From IMG/VR virus record IMGVR_UViG_3300025276_000021: a stretch of 64,000 nucleotides of DNA; one strand, written 5' to 3'. Position numbers and translations under genes: made by a program. The stretch comes from a virus. Below, one piece after another: positions 21,457-31,565 of the stretch (its first letter is position 1; the number at the start of each line of letters is the position of its first letter). Under the pieces are notes generated by a model. It had not been told where the DNA came from and did no database searches. It was given only the letters and a program-made list of their open reading frames with translations.

Positions 21457-23340
21457 TTAATTCAAATCTACCCAAGAGCCGTTTGCAAAGCCTTGGAATT
21501 TATTTGTTGTAGTATTGTATATCATGTCGCCAGTTGCTGCACTTAATGCATTTCTTTGAGTTGTTGTGAAACTGTGTAATTTTAGAGGAGTATTTGCAAT
21601 AGATGTTCTTGTCGTTGCTTGCAATGTAAGTGAAGTGGCACTTGTTAATACCGGAGAACCTGATTGACTACTAGCGAATGAGCCAGTTACTGTAACATTA
21701 TCATCTAGTGTAATTGTTGTTCCGCTACTTGAAATTGTACTTGCAGCTATAGTTAAGTCTCCTAAGCTGCCGCCGCCTGACGTAGCATCTGCCGCGGGTG
21801 ACCAACTACTACCATTATACTTTAATACTTGTCCGCTTGTTACACCACTTGTACTTACATCTGTTAATCCGTCTAATGATGTAGCCCCGCCGCTAATTCT
21901 TGACGAAACATATGCACTATCGACAATTCCTACAACGTCTGCGCTATCAAATGCTGCTGGGATAACAACTCTTGCGGCAACATATGCACTGTCTACAGTA
22001 GATGAAATATCATCAAAGTTTGCTAACTTTATCCAATTAGCAGCATGAGAATAATAAGCTTTTGTTGTACCATGAACGTGAGCAAACATACCATGATATG
22101 TTGACGCACTTGGAAGATCGCCTTCTGTTGAATATACATTTCCGTAAAGCATTTTTCCAGTAGTAGTAATATTATTACTACCCATCTCAAGCGCGCCTGA
22201 CATAGTGCCACCAGAAAGAGGTAATTTAGCTGCAATACTATTTGTTATAGTGGTAGAGAAGTTCGCATCGTCTCCAATAGCCGCCGCCAATTCATTTAAA
22301 GTATCTAATGTTGAGGGCGCAACATCAACTAATGCGGAAACTGCACTATCTGCAATTGCTCTAGCATCTGCACTATCAAATGCTGCTGGGATAACAACTC
22401 TTGCGTTGATGTATGCGCTATCGACAAGATTACCTGCGACAAAGGAAGCATCTGCACTATCAAATTCAAACGTGCCCTCGGCCTCGATAATTCCTATAAC
22501 GTCAGCACTATCAAATGTTGATGAACTAGTAACTCTTGCGTTGATGTATGCAGTATCGACAATTCCTACAACGTCTCCACTATCAAATGCTGCTGGAATT
22601 ACAACTCTTGCATTGACGTATGCAGTATCGACAATTCCTACAACGGACGCACTATCAAATGCTGCTGGGCTTCTTGCAGTAACATATGCGCTATCGACAA
22701 GATTACCAGCGACAAAAGAAGCATCTGCACTATCAAATGTAGATAAGACCTGAATCCTTGCAGCGACATATGCACTATCAACCATTCCTACAACGTCTGC
22801 GCTATCAAATGCTACTGGAATATCAAATCTTGCATCGACATATGCACTATCAACTATTCCTAAAACGAACGCACTATCAAGTCCTGATAGAAGATCAAAT
22901 TTTGCATTAACGTATGAGCTATCGACAAGATTACTTGGAACATATGTAAACGATCCATTGCCGTTATAACTTAACGTGCTAGTAGCGCCGCGTGGTGCAG
23001 ATTGAGTTACAGAGATATCTGAAAATCTAGGGACGTCTAAAATTCCATACCCATCCCTACTAGTTGGAGTACTTGTTATAGATGAAAATGCTGGGGCAAT
23101 ATTTGTTACAGATCCCACAGGAGAACTATTAATTATATTAAAGATATATGCAGAGTCAACTAAAGCCGTGACGCCAGAATCATTTAAAGCACCCACATTA
23201 TTATAGAATGAGCTTAGTTCACCCAACGCCACTCTCGCGGTGCCGTGGGTTCCCACACTTACTCCGCTCACAATCACAAAATTTGAGTTTGAAGTTAAGT
23301 TTCCTGAAACTTCTGTTGGTAAATCGACTACTCTAACCAT
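21457..23340 (-). CDS. Tail fibre protein with DSA repeats (N-terminal paralogue of 17775-19001)
   Basis: The first ~135 aa are nearly identical to the 408-aa fibre. It has the APSTLDTLNELAAAIGDD motif and C-terminal FTTTQRNAL...GDMIYNTTTNKFQGF. Confidence 0.8.
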   Translation of the reverse strand: MVRVVDLPTEVSGNLTSNSNFVIVSGVSVGTHGTARVALGELSSFYNNVGALNDSGVTALVDSAYIFNIINSSPVGSVTNIAPAFSSITSTPTSRDGYGILDVPRFSDISVTQSAPRGATSTLSYNGNGSFTYVPSNLVDSSYVNAKFDLLSGLDSAFVLGIVDSAYVDARFDIPVAFDSADVVGMVDSAYVAARIQVLSTFDSADASFVAGNLVDSAYVTARSPAAFDSASVVGIVDTAYVNARVVIPAAFDSGDVVGIVDTAYINARVTSSSTFDSADVIGIIEAEGTFEFDSADASFVAGNLVDSAYINARVVIPAAFDSADARAIADSAVSALVDVAPSTLDTLNELAAAIGDDANFSTTITNSIAAKLPLSGGTMSGALEMGSNNITTTGKMLYGNVYSTEGDLPSASTYHGMFAHVHGTTKAYYSHAANWIKLANFDDISSTVDSAYVAARVVIPAAFDSADVVGIVDSAYVSSRISGGATSLDGLTDVSTSGVTSGQVLKYNGSSWSPAADATSGGGSLGDLTIAASTISSSGTTITLDDNVTVTGSFASSQSGSPVLTSATSLTLQATTRTSIANTPLKLHSFTTTQRNALSAATGDMIYNTTTNKFQGFANGSWVDLN

Positions 23341-23359
23341 TTGCTATCTCTGTTATCTT

Positions 23360-25138
23360 TCATTTGCCGTGTACGTGATTTTTTGAACGCGGAAAAACTC
23401 CACCCGATACAGGTCTGTTTGCATAAACCCAGTTTGCTTTTGAGGGAAAGGCAATATCTTCTGTCGGTCTCTGATTGAACCATCGCAATATTAAATTTTT
23501 AGCGCCTTGCAAACTGCTCCGGTCATTAGGATCATCTGCGCCAGTGTCGTGCATCAAGTCGGATTCACCATATTCATTTAACCAAACTCTTGCTTCTGCA
23601 CAAGTCATATTTGGCCAGCTTTCAGCAAGACATGCCAACACACCGCAAACTTGAGGTGCTGCCATACTGGTACCGTTCATTTTAGTCATAAAATAACTAC
23701 TATTTCTTGGATCAGCTCCACCGGCTGAGCCATAAGTGTTAGAAGTAACTGAACCCTGAATATGCATACCCGCCGCAAATACATCTACTCTGTTGCCGAT
23801 ATTACTAAACCAACTCTGACCTTCATCTGTATCTGTTGACATTGCTCCAACTACAATAGGACTGTTGACTCCTTCACTAAACGGTTGACCACCACCTCTA
23901 TGAGAATGTAGCGCATATGCAGTTCCACTTATAGTAAATGTTGCAGTGTTATTATAATCTTGATCTGTAGAATCCACAATTTTCCAGCTTTGATTATCCG
24001 AGGAATTTGTCACAACAATACCAGCTTCTATCGCATCTTCCAGATCTGCAATACTTGCCGCACTCGAATAAGGTATTCTCAAAGCAGGGCTGCCGCCTGT
24101 TCGATGAACGCCATCTGGATAATACTGGGTAGGTACACCACGCTGGGCAAGACCAAGGGCGGTAAAACCTGTGCCAGACGTAACAGTACCTCTATAGTTC
24201 ATTGAAGTAATTGGTCCGACATTGCCGGAATCTATAGAAAAAGCGGAATTGAAACTACAATTAATAACTGTAGGATTTTTTCTGCCAGTTGCAGCATTGA
24301 TAGGCTTTTGAGTATGCCACACCCTTAAGTAGTCCCACATAAAAGATGAAATTGAACCAGAACCTGTGGTGGGATTTCCTGCAGTGCCGTCATTGGTAGC
24401 AATGCTAAATGGAGAGATATTATAGATATTTGCGTCTCTGGCCCAGCCTTGTGTATTACCAGCGACTGTAGATCCTACATGACAGCCATGATTGTTATTT
24501 GATGTATAAGTGGCAGTTACATAAGAACCGTTATCAGAATATGGATATGATGTACCAAAAGAGCCACCAGGATGAGTACCATGATTAAACCAATTCTCTT
24601 GTATAACACGACTGCCGCCAGTTCCGTCTGCATTTACAGCAAATTCGGGGTGTGCAGGATCAATGTGTCCATCTGCGATAACTACATCAACATTCTTGCC
24701 TGAGGCAGTTACCGTCAAATCTGCAGTTATCGATCTTGTGTCGCTTGGCTCTCCACCCCAAGTATTAATCTGCGCACCAGAAGCATGTCTTAATAATCCC
24801 CAATTTCTATGAGTAGATACATGAGTAACAGCGAAACCGTTTGCTGCGCTCCAACCTGTCTTATGATAGTTTTGGTTAGTCGTAGCCCATCCGCTAGGTT
24901 GTATCGACATTTCGTTAAGTTCTCTTAATGTTACATCCCAAACTCGTTCATCTTGTTTCAATGAATCTACTTCGGCATCGTCAAGCATGTAATGAGTATT
25001 ACGACTTATTTCCCGTCGATGTTCGACACCTACAGCTCTATCTGGAATATATAAATTTCCACCCGGCGTTTCCATATCTTCATAAAAAGTTTCCAAATCT
25101 TCTTTTCTATAAAGAGTAATTACCCATTCCCTAGTCAT
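23360..25138 (-). CDS. Subtilisin-like (S8) serine protease
   Basis: VDVVIADG, HGCHVGST, VDVFAAG and NGTSMAAPQVCG motifs. Confidence 0.88.
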   Translation of the reverse strand: MTREWVITLYRKEDLETFYEDMETPGGNLYIPDRAVGVEHRREISRNTHYMLDDAEVDSLKQDERVWDVTLRELNEMSIQPSGWATTNQNYHKTGWSAANGFAVTHVSTHRNWGLLRHASGAQINTWGGEPSDTRSITADLTVTASGKNVDVVIADGHIDPAHPEFAVNADGTGGSRVIQENWFNHGTHPGGSFGTSYPYSDNGSYVTATYTSNNNHGCHVGSTVAGNTQGWARDANIYNISPFSIATNDGTAGNPTTGSGSISSFMWDYLRVWHTQKPINAATGRKNPTVINCSFNSAFSIDSGNVGPITSMNYRGTVTSGTGFTALGLAQRGVPTQYYPDGVHRTGGSPALRIPYSSAASIADLEDAIEAGIVVTNSSDNQSWKIVDSTDQDYNNTATFTISGTAYALHSHRGGGQPFSEGVNSPIVVGAMSTDTDEGQSWFSNIGNRVDVFAAGMHIQGSVTSNTYGSAGGADPRNSSYFMTKMNGTSMAAPQVCGVLACLAESWPNMTCAEARVWLNEYGESDLMHDTGADDPNDRSSLQGAKNLILRWFNQRPTEDIAFPSKANWVYANRPVSGGVFPRSKNHVHGK

Positions 25139-25142
25139 ATCT

Positions 25143-26513
25143 CTACACCTCTAGTGGTAGATATTCTAAATCTACCGTAATAGTATTAGAGCCGCTCGTA
25201 GGAAGATTTTTGATTGCCATATAAATTGTTGTCTGAGAACCTTCGTTCCAAGCAGGTACTGCAGGTGCAAAATTAATATAGCCACTTGCTCCACCAGCAC
25301 TTGTTGGGTGCAAGATTTCTGCAATAACGCCTGAATTTGGCGCAGGATCAGTCAACTGTCCTCTAGAAGCATCAGCGGTTCTTGCAGCGCTGGATGTATA
25401 AATTCTTAGCCATGAAGTTGCAGATACTTGCGCCCGCAAGAGCATATATGCTTTAGGTGCACTCGTTATTTCAATGTTTAGGTTGGCACCGCTGGCAATT
25501 GAACCTGTTGTAATTGATGAAGTTGTTCTAGTACCCCCAGCACCACCACCACCGCCGCCGCCTGCTGCAGAAACAAGCTTAGTTACATTATATGGAGAAA
25601 CTAAAGTTTCTAATGTACTAGTTCCTGTTGCCCATACAGATGAATCTTGAATTGTTAATCTGCCGATATTAACTGCGCTATCACCAGCTAAGATTTTTGT
25701 TACATTAGTACTATCAAGAATATTTAAATTTGCGCCGCCAGAATCAATATGCCCTATTTTTGCCCATGCGGATCCAGAATCGCCTACATCATTTCGAATT
25801 TGTAAAAGATTTTTTGCATCGTCATACCAGAAAGTTCCGTTACTAAATGCAAGTGGAGCAGTAGAATCGACATAAATTTTGGGCAAGGTTAAACTCAGAA
25901 GTCCTTGTTCGTCTTGCAATTGACTTATATCTGTTGGTATAGGAACGTTGGTCTTGATCACCCCTGTCAGTTGCGAATATGCAATATTTGTACTGCCGCT
26001 TAAAGCACTCCTTGCCAATGAGTCTGTATAATATATGTTTGAAGTACCTTCAGGAACATCGTCAGAGACAAATCCTACTTGTGAATCTGCTAGTTGTCCA
26101 TTTAAATTTTGAATATGTGGAATACGTGCCTTGTTGAATACGCCACTAGTCGTTTTATTTGCTGAAAGGTTTGGTATTCTAGCCACAGGAAAAACACCGC
26201 TCGTAATAGCAGCGGTTGATAGTGGACCTAAATCTGATTGAGAAATTGTATTACAATTAAATTGCCAAGCACCGCTGTTAGAATCATATACAAGTGTTGT
26301 ATGACTTCCTGTGCCACCTGAAGCAAGAGTTTGTAATGACCTTATTGTAGATGTAGTCACTTGTGGAGCAATTTCATTTATAGCAGAAACGATATCAGAT
26401 TTGTTTGTAGTAAGCAATTGATCTGGCTCACCAACGTATGCGGACATAGAGTTGGTAGCTTGGCGCCAAGTTTCAATAGTATCTGTAAGATTAACTGAGA
26501 TTTTTCTTGTCAT
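25143..26513 (-). CDS. Tail fibre/virion protein, paralogue of 34719-35906
   Basis: N-terminal VNLTDTIETWRQATN...DIVSAINEI and 18-aa RIPxLxxxKxTSGVF repeats. Confidence 0.7.
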   Translation of the reverse strand: MTRKISVNLTDTIETWRQATNSMSAYVGEPDQLLTTNKSDIVSAINEIAPQVTTSTIRSLQTLASGGTGSHTTLVYDSNSGAWQFNCNTISQSDLGPLSTAAITSGVFPVARIPNLSANKTTSGVFNKARIPHIQNLNGQLADSQVGFVSDDVPEGTSNIYYTDSLARSALSGSTNIAYSQLTGVIKTNVPIPTDISQLQDEQGLLSLTLPKIYVDSTAPLAFSNGTFWYDDAKNLLQIRNDVGDSGSAWAKIGHIDSGGANLNILDSTNVTKILAGDSAVNIGRLTIQDSSVWATGTSTLETLVSPYNVTKLVSAAGGGGGGGAGGTRTTSSITTGSIASGANLNIEITSAPKAYMLLRAQVSATSWLRIYTSSAARTADASRGQLTDPAPNSGVIAEILHPTSAGGASGYINFAPAVPAWNEGSQTTIYMAIKNLPTSGSNTITVDLEYLPLEV

Positions 26514-26544
26514 TTTTTCATCTTTGCTATAAGTTGCTTATGTT

Positions 26545-26552
26545 TATTTATA
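26545..26552 (-). promoter_or_regulatory. T4-type late promoter TATAAATA restarting structural transcription after the radical SAM operon
   Basis: Exact motif overlapping the stop codon of the last cluster gene, about 32 nt upstream of 26513. Confidence 0.75.
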
Positions 26553-26955
26553 TCTTTTCTAGTGCCATTTTAAACTCGTCCTCATAATATTTTCTCACAT
26601 CTGGGACCATTCCAGTCATTTTTAGTGGAAATGTTATTTGCTTTATAATATTTTCGTATGTCTTTATGTCTAAACTATACTGTACAAAATGGGGATCATT
26701 ATCAGCTAATAGGTATTTATCATCTAATAACTCAAAGAAATTTTCATTAAAATCTTCAGATAGCCAAGACGCATAGCAGATCGCAACAAAATACGATTTT
26801 GCTGGATATACCCATTCGTCAATGTGTTCATTAAAATGCTTGACTGCCCATTTAACTGTATCGTCTGTCCAAGTAATATCTACTCTATTCAAATCATCTG
26901 TATGATGCTTATTAAGAAGATGATAAACTTGACTCGCTATTTTCCAATCTTCCAT
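26548..26955 (-). CDS. Hypothetical protein, last gene of the radical SAM cluster
   Basis: ORF track 26548-27009. The MEDWK start at 26955 was chosen to minimise overlap. Aromatic and acidic, with a YPAKSY motif. Confidence 0.7.
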   Translation of the reverse strand: MEDWKIASQVYHLLNKHHTDDLNRVDITWTDDTVKWAVKHFNEHIDEWVYPAKSYFVAICYASWLSEDFNENFFELLDDKYLLADNDPHFVQYSLDIKTYENIIKQITFPLKMTGMVPDVRKYYEDEFKMALEKI

Positions 26956-27838
26956 ACCAGTCCAATAATCCTTTATATCCGTTACAGCCATTATCCAAAT
27001 CCTTAACATATCTGTAATGTTCAGTTAAGCAGTTTCCAAAATATTCGCACGATGTACAGATTGGACTCATAGTTGCCTTTTCTTTTTTTGTCCAATCAAT
27101 ATAGTCTTCCCAACTATCTAACTCAAGAAAATATTCCCTATCTGCCTCATCAAATTCGAGTACACCAAATTTACCGTTTGGAGTAATGTATATATGATCG
27201 TCTGAGAATGCATTATATTTTTTATTATATGAATCTTCTATTCTATCCCAATTTATAAATTGAAACTTCATATGTTCTTCTAACTCTAACCATTTTATAA
27301 CAAAGTTCTCAAAATCTTTATGCGTCACAGTATGGGCGTTAGCTTGATTGATTGAATATGGTTTAATTTCAACAGATTTTATAGAAGAACATAGATTCAA
27401 CATATTGATCATTTCCATAACGTCTTTCTTTAGCACTTTTTCAGTAGCTAAAATTAGTACAGCTATTGGCCTAGTGCTTAACATCATATTTTGAAAAACT
27501 AGATCAGCTTTTTCTCTTGCTTCAAAATCATAAGATACTGCAAGATAAACGTCACTGTCTAAGAAACCTGGGTGCATCATAGAGTAATTTGTGTTGATAT
27601 AAATAGTACCAGAATAGTGCTTTTTAATAATTTCTTTAACTCCATAGAAATAAGATTTTTTCATTGCTCCAATTTCGCCACCATATAAATCAATGTGTTC
27701 AATGTTCTGTACTTGAGACAACAATTCGTCTAGTTTATTCAACGAAATCTGTTTCTGGTTACCTAATTCTTCAGGTGTTAGATAGCAAAAGTCGCATCTA
27801 AAGTTGCAGAAGTATGTTGGATTTACTGATACAATCAT
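26912..27838 (-). CDS. Radical SAM enzyme with C-terminal Cys cluster (rSAM 4)
   Basis: CNFRCDFC (CxxxCxxC), YGGE motif and C-terminal CTSCEYFGNC...C. Confidence 0.9.
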   Translation of the reverse strand: MIVSVNPTYFCNFRCDFCYLTPEELGNQKQISLNKLDELLSQVQNIEHIDLYGGEIGAMKKSYFYGVKEIIKKHYSGTIYINTNYSMMHPGFLDSDVYLAVSYDFEAREKADLVFQNMMLSTRPIAVLILATEKVLKKDVMEMINMLNLCSSIKSVEIKPYSINQANAHTVTHKDFENFVIKWLELEEHMKFQFINWDRIEDSYNKKYNAFSDDHIYITPNGKFGVLEFDEADREYFLELDSWEDYIDWTKKEKATMSPICTSCEYFGNCLTEHYRYVKDLDNGCNGYKGLLDWYGRLENSESSLSSS

Positions 27839-28446
27839 CGTATGTTAACAAGTTCTATGTCCATAGTAATTGTAAGTCTTTCATCATTACCGAAGTATGG
27901 AGTTACCTCATGCCAAACATGGGCAGGTATAATTACTATAGAATTTTTTTCTGTTTGTATTTCGTGTTGCGGATTTGTTCTGGCTCGCACTGTATTATTA
28001 AAAGAAGGATCGTGCAAAATTAGCTTGCCTCCATGCATATCATTATCTACAGAATCTAAGTAAAATACTGCAACCAATGCGTTACCTCTATGACAATGAA
28101 TTTGTTTATAGTCGCCCCTTTTCATAAACGGCATCTTGCCCATAGTTACTTGCATAGCATCATATACTTCCTCAAGTTCAGCACTCGGCTCATATTCTTG
28201 GAGAAGTTCTAAGAAAGAGACTGCAAAAAAATTATACAGTCTAGTCATAAAAGGATAAGTTTTTAGATTGAAATCTGAGAACACGGGAACATTCTCTAAT
28301 TCTCCAGCTTCCCTAAAACTTATTTTATTTTCAGCCATATATTGCATCATAAGAGCCTGACAAAAGGCTTTCAAAGATTCATTTTCATCATCTGTAAAAT
28401 CTATCTTCGATCTAAATATTTTTGTTGGAAATATAGTTTCAATCAT
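27835..28446 (-). CDS. Putative Fe(II)/2-oxoglutarate oxygenase (TIGR02466-like)
   Basis: IHCH, LVAVFYL, GKLILHDP and IIPAHVWHEVTP...R motifs of the DSBH fold. The MIETIFPT start is inferred. Confidence 0.8.
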   Translation of the reverse strand: MIETIFPTKIFRSKIDFTDDENESLKAFCQALMMQYMAENKISFREAGELENVPVFSDFNLKTYPFMTRLYNFFAVSFLELLQEYEPSAELEEVYDAMQVTMGKMPFMKRGDYKQIHCHRGNALVAVFYLDSVDNDMHGGKLILHDPSFNNTVRARTNPQHEIQTEKNSIVIIPAHVWHEVTPYFGNDERLTITMDIELVNIR

Positions 28447-29476
28447 AATATTCTCTTTCATATGGACTCACTTTAGCGTCAAGCCTATTTAGAGCAATAA
28501 TATCGCTTGCCATTGATTTCATGTGTTGACAATGATCTTCAACCATGTTATATTCTTTTAAGTCTTTTATAGTTTTTGAACACCCATTACATATCTCAAA
28601 CATAGGACAAGAAAAACACGCTTTTTTTAAACTCATTAAATTTATATCATTCTTTAATGGAGTTGTAAAGCCACCTTTCATTTCATAATCGAAATCAATA
28701 GCTTTGTCTAAATCGTCACCAAAAGCGCCACAAGAGTAGTAGTCACCTTCCGGCTGTATCGTGCGAATATGACTATCACAATCTCTGGCCTGCGGGCAGA
28801 TCGTTACGCCGCCGCGTAATCGTTTCAACATCTGTTGAGTGTTATGTTCCCAGTCAGATAATCCAGCTTTCCAAATTTCGATATATCTTTCATAAATCTT
28901 AGATAGTCGATATGGCGCTGATTGTGACCCTGAAGCCATAGCATAATTCACTTTGCAAACTACGTCCATTTTCTTTGCTAATTCTACGGTCTTGACTGCT
29001 GTATGTTCGTTTTCTTCAACAATTACTGCAATAAATGACGGTCTATATCCAACATGCTCTAACATTGCATCCGAACATTTCCAGAAATCTTCCTCTGTAA
29101 ACTCACTATAATCGCCTTTAAGTCTACCGCCGCCATATTGAAAAGATGTTGAAACACCAACTCTACGATGATTAAATAATTCTTTCCATTTCATCGGTTT
29201 CATCAAGAACGGATACAAATTAGATGTAAGTGATATCGTTGCCGGCATGTCATACTTATCAAGAAATTCTATGATTTTCCAATAGTAGTTAGGACGCATC
29301 ATAAGAGGATCGCCGCCATTAACAATGATTGTTTTTGTATCTGGGAATCTATGCAAAAACTTAAAAATCTTATTCAAATCAAGTATAGCCGTATTATCAT
29401 CTACGGTAATTTTAGATGAAGAACAAAAAGAACATTTAAAATTACAAAGTTCTGTTGGCTTGAGGATTAAGTCCAT
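28439..29476 (-). CDS. Radical SAM/SPASM enzyme (rSAM 3)
   Basis: KPTELCNFKCSFC, NGGDP, CPQARDC...YYSCG...CFSCPMFEICNGC. Confidence 0.92.
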   Translation of the reverse strand: MDLILKPTELCNFKCSFCSSSKITVDDNTAILDLNKIFKFLHRFPDTKTIIVNGGDPLMMRPNYYWKIIEFLDKYDMPATISLTSNLYPFLMKPMKWKELFNHRRVGVSTSFQYGGGRLKGDYSEFTEEDFWKCSDAMLEHVGYRPSFIAVIVEENEHTAVKTVELAKKMDVVCKVNYAMASGSQSAPYRLSKIYERYIEIWKAGLSDWEHNTQQMLKRLRGGVTICPQARDCDSHIRTIQPEGDYYSCGAFGDDLDKAIDFDYEMKGGFTTPLKNDINLMSLKKACFSCPMFEICNGCSKTIKDLKEYNMVEDHCQHMKSMASDIIALNRLDAKVSPYEREYYD

Positions 29477-30009
29477 GGAGAATTTTTAATGTTAAAGCCA
29501 AAATTCATAGTAATTCTTTCCACGCAGGGCGCTCGAAAATGTTCGACCCTATGTTCAAATTTTAAATCTTGACTTGCTAATATAACATCGTATTTTCTTG
29601 GCATGTGAAACGCTGTAATTCTTTTGTTTTCTTCCATATTTCTAAACATGATTTCTCCACCGTTATTAGGGTCCATGTCTGTAAAGTATAATAGAAAAAA
29701 TACATTAGCTCCTTCTAGTAGATCGTTATGCCAGTTACAAGAGGACTGCTCGGTGCCATTCCAAATAGAAGAATAGACTATTTTTCTTGCGTTCTCACTG
29801 CTATCATATTCTTGCAAGTATGTGTCGTAAAGTAGATTTGCAGTTTTAATCATTTTCTGTCGCATGCCTTGTAAGTAATAATTCCATGCGACACTAAAAG
29901 TTTTTTTGTCGCCATATCTCATATTAAACCATTTGAGTTTCGGAATAGTATCCTCAACATGGACAAACATATCTGATCTATTACTTAAAGTATATCCTTC
30001 ATCTCTCAT
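29467..30009 (-). CDS. Fe(II)/2OG-dependent oxygenase (prolyl-hydroxylase-like)
   Basis: WHND (HxD), FLLYF, GGEIMF, distal EHRV and the 2OG-binding Arg in ERITMNF. Confidence 0.8.
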   Translation of the reverse strand: MRDEGYTLSNRSDMFVHVEDTIPKLKWFNMRYGDKKTFSVAWNYYLQGMRQKMIKTANLLYDTYLQEYDSSENARKIVYSSIWNGTEQSSCNWHNDLLEGANVFFLLYFTDMDPNNGGEIMFRNMEENKRITAFHMPRKYDVILASQDLKFEHRVEHFRAPCVERITMNFGFNIKNSPWT

Positions 30010-30544
30010 TCGCTTCCCTCACCCAGTAATATTCGTTTCTCTCAAAACCCATTCGTTTCATTAGTCTGCAATCATAAGGACTATGTGGTATTCTGTAATA
30101 GTTCATAGTTGAGTATATATATTCAAGCATTAGACCCGAAGGACAAATTATTTTTTTGTTGCCTAACAATTTTATTATATCTTGCCACTGTTGCTTCAAA
30201 AATTGTTGAGCTTCACTTTTAGATTTTTTATTCATATAACCTACATTTCCAATTCTACCTATTATCACTTCATTTTTAAAAATATGTGCCATGCATATTG
30301 CCTTTTCGAGTTTTTTATCACTATCGCAATGAGGCATTGTAGGTTCACTTTTTTTAGAAATCATACAATCTTCGTATATCTCAGGATCACTTTCTTTTGT
30401 GCCATACCAAATAAAAAAGTGTGCTTGTCTAGGAGAAATTCTAACCACAAACGGATGCTGTATGGGTAAAATATCTAATTTAACATCAATGTAATTAGGC
30501 AGATCAATATCAAGAGATTGCGCTGGCTCTTTGTAATCGTACAT
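29999..30544 (-). CDS. Hypothetical protein in the radical SAM cluster
   Basis: ORF track 29999-30583. The MYDYK start at 30544 is inferred. It overlaps both neighbours. Confidence 0.7.
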   Translation of the reverse strand: MYDYKEPAQSLDIDLPNYIDVKLDILPIQHPFVVRISPRQAHFFIWYGTKESDPEIYEDCMISKKSEPTMPHCDSDKKLEKAICMAHIFKNEVIIGRIGNVGYMNKKSKSEAQQFLKQQWQDIIKLLGNKKIICPSGLMLEYIYSTMNYYRIPHSPYDCRLMKRMGFERNEYYWVREANER

Positions 30545-31565
30545 TGTCGATATATCTGTGCGTAATTTTGTAGACACATTCATCTAAAACTTCCTCTGCG
30601 TGTTTATAGTCATGCGACATAAAACAGCCTAGAGTACATCTTTGAAAATACTCACATGTAGAACAGTTATATTTTTCTACAAATGCCTTTTCTATAGGAG
30701 TATTATCCATAGGTTGTATATCTGTTTTATACATTGCTTTATCATCAGGCTCTTGAACTAAGTTTCCACATAGACACATAGTTCCATCTTCCAACACAAG
30801 TTTTGATGATCTGCAACTAATGCAGTTTTTTTCATTTTCAATCCAAGAACGAATAGGATCAATTTTAGGGTAGTTATCTATAAAGTGTTTGAATATATTC
30901 AGCATGTCTTGGTCTGATGGTGCGCTTCTTTTCGCTTGACAATCTGGCATATAATAGTCTGCGTATAGATAAATGCCATCGTCATATAGTTGACGTAAAA
31001 CTCCCTCTGTCTCTTTTAACCAAAATTTTATATTCGGCCTAGTGAGCAAAATACCAATACCATCTAACTCATCTTTAAAGTATTTGATATTTTCTAAGAA
31101 TATTGCTAAATTCGGTTTATTGAATCTGCCAGCAGGGTCGTATGAAGTAACAAGTTTACTTTTTATGCCATGAGAACGACAATATGAAAGCAAATCATTA
31201 ATTTGGTCTCTTTTACTTACCACTAAATTAGTGACCCAATTAATTCTTGTTTTTTTATTATATTTTTTTCCTAATTCTCCAATACCTTTGGCGAGATCCT
31301 TATAATCAGAGAATAGAGATGAATTGAATATCTCATCTGCAAAAATTTCTCCACCCATGATATTAAATACAACATTGATTCTATTTTCAGTTTTTAGAAA
31401 ATCTTCTATGGGAACAAGTTTATCTAATACAGTATCAATTCCTACAATGTTATCGTGATTTTGCCAGCAGAATGGACAAGATAGATTGCAAAATTCGAAT
31501 AGATGTATAGTGTATTCTTGCTGAGAGTCTCGCTTATCTCTTAATATAAAGTCACTCAGTTCCAT
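30510..31565 (-). CDS. Radical SAM enzyme with SPASM-like Cys cluster (rSAM 2)
   Basis: CNLSCPFC, MGGE, CISCR...CLCG...CSTCEYFQRCTLGC. Confidence 0.9.
   Translation of the reverse strand: MELSDFILRDKRDSQQEYTIHLFEFCNLSCPFCWQNHDNIVGIDTVLDKLVPIEDFLKTENRINVVFNIMGGEIFADEIFNSSLFSDYKDLAKGIGELGKKYNKKTRINWVTNLVVSKRDQINDLLSYCRSHGIKSKLVTSYDPAGRFNKPNLAIFLENIKYFKDELDGIGILLTRPNIKFWLKETEGVLRQLYDDGIYLYADYYMPDCQAKRSAPSDQDMLNIFKHFIDNYPKIDPIRSWIENEKNCISCRSSKLVLEDGTMCLCGNLVQEPDDKAMYKTDIQPMDNTPIEKAFVEKYNCSTCEYFQRCTLGCFMSHDYKHAEEVLDECVYKITHRYIDNVRLQRASAIS

Noticed and set aside
700-23340. Possible diversity-generating retroelement or invertible shufflon behind the fibre repeats
   Set aside because: There is no reverse transcriptase or invertase in the window, the repeats are direct, and the differences are not visibly adenine-specific.
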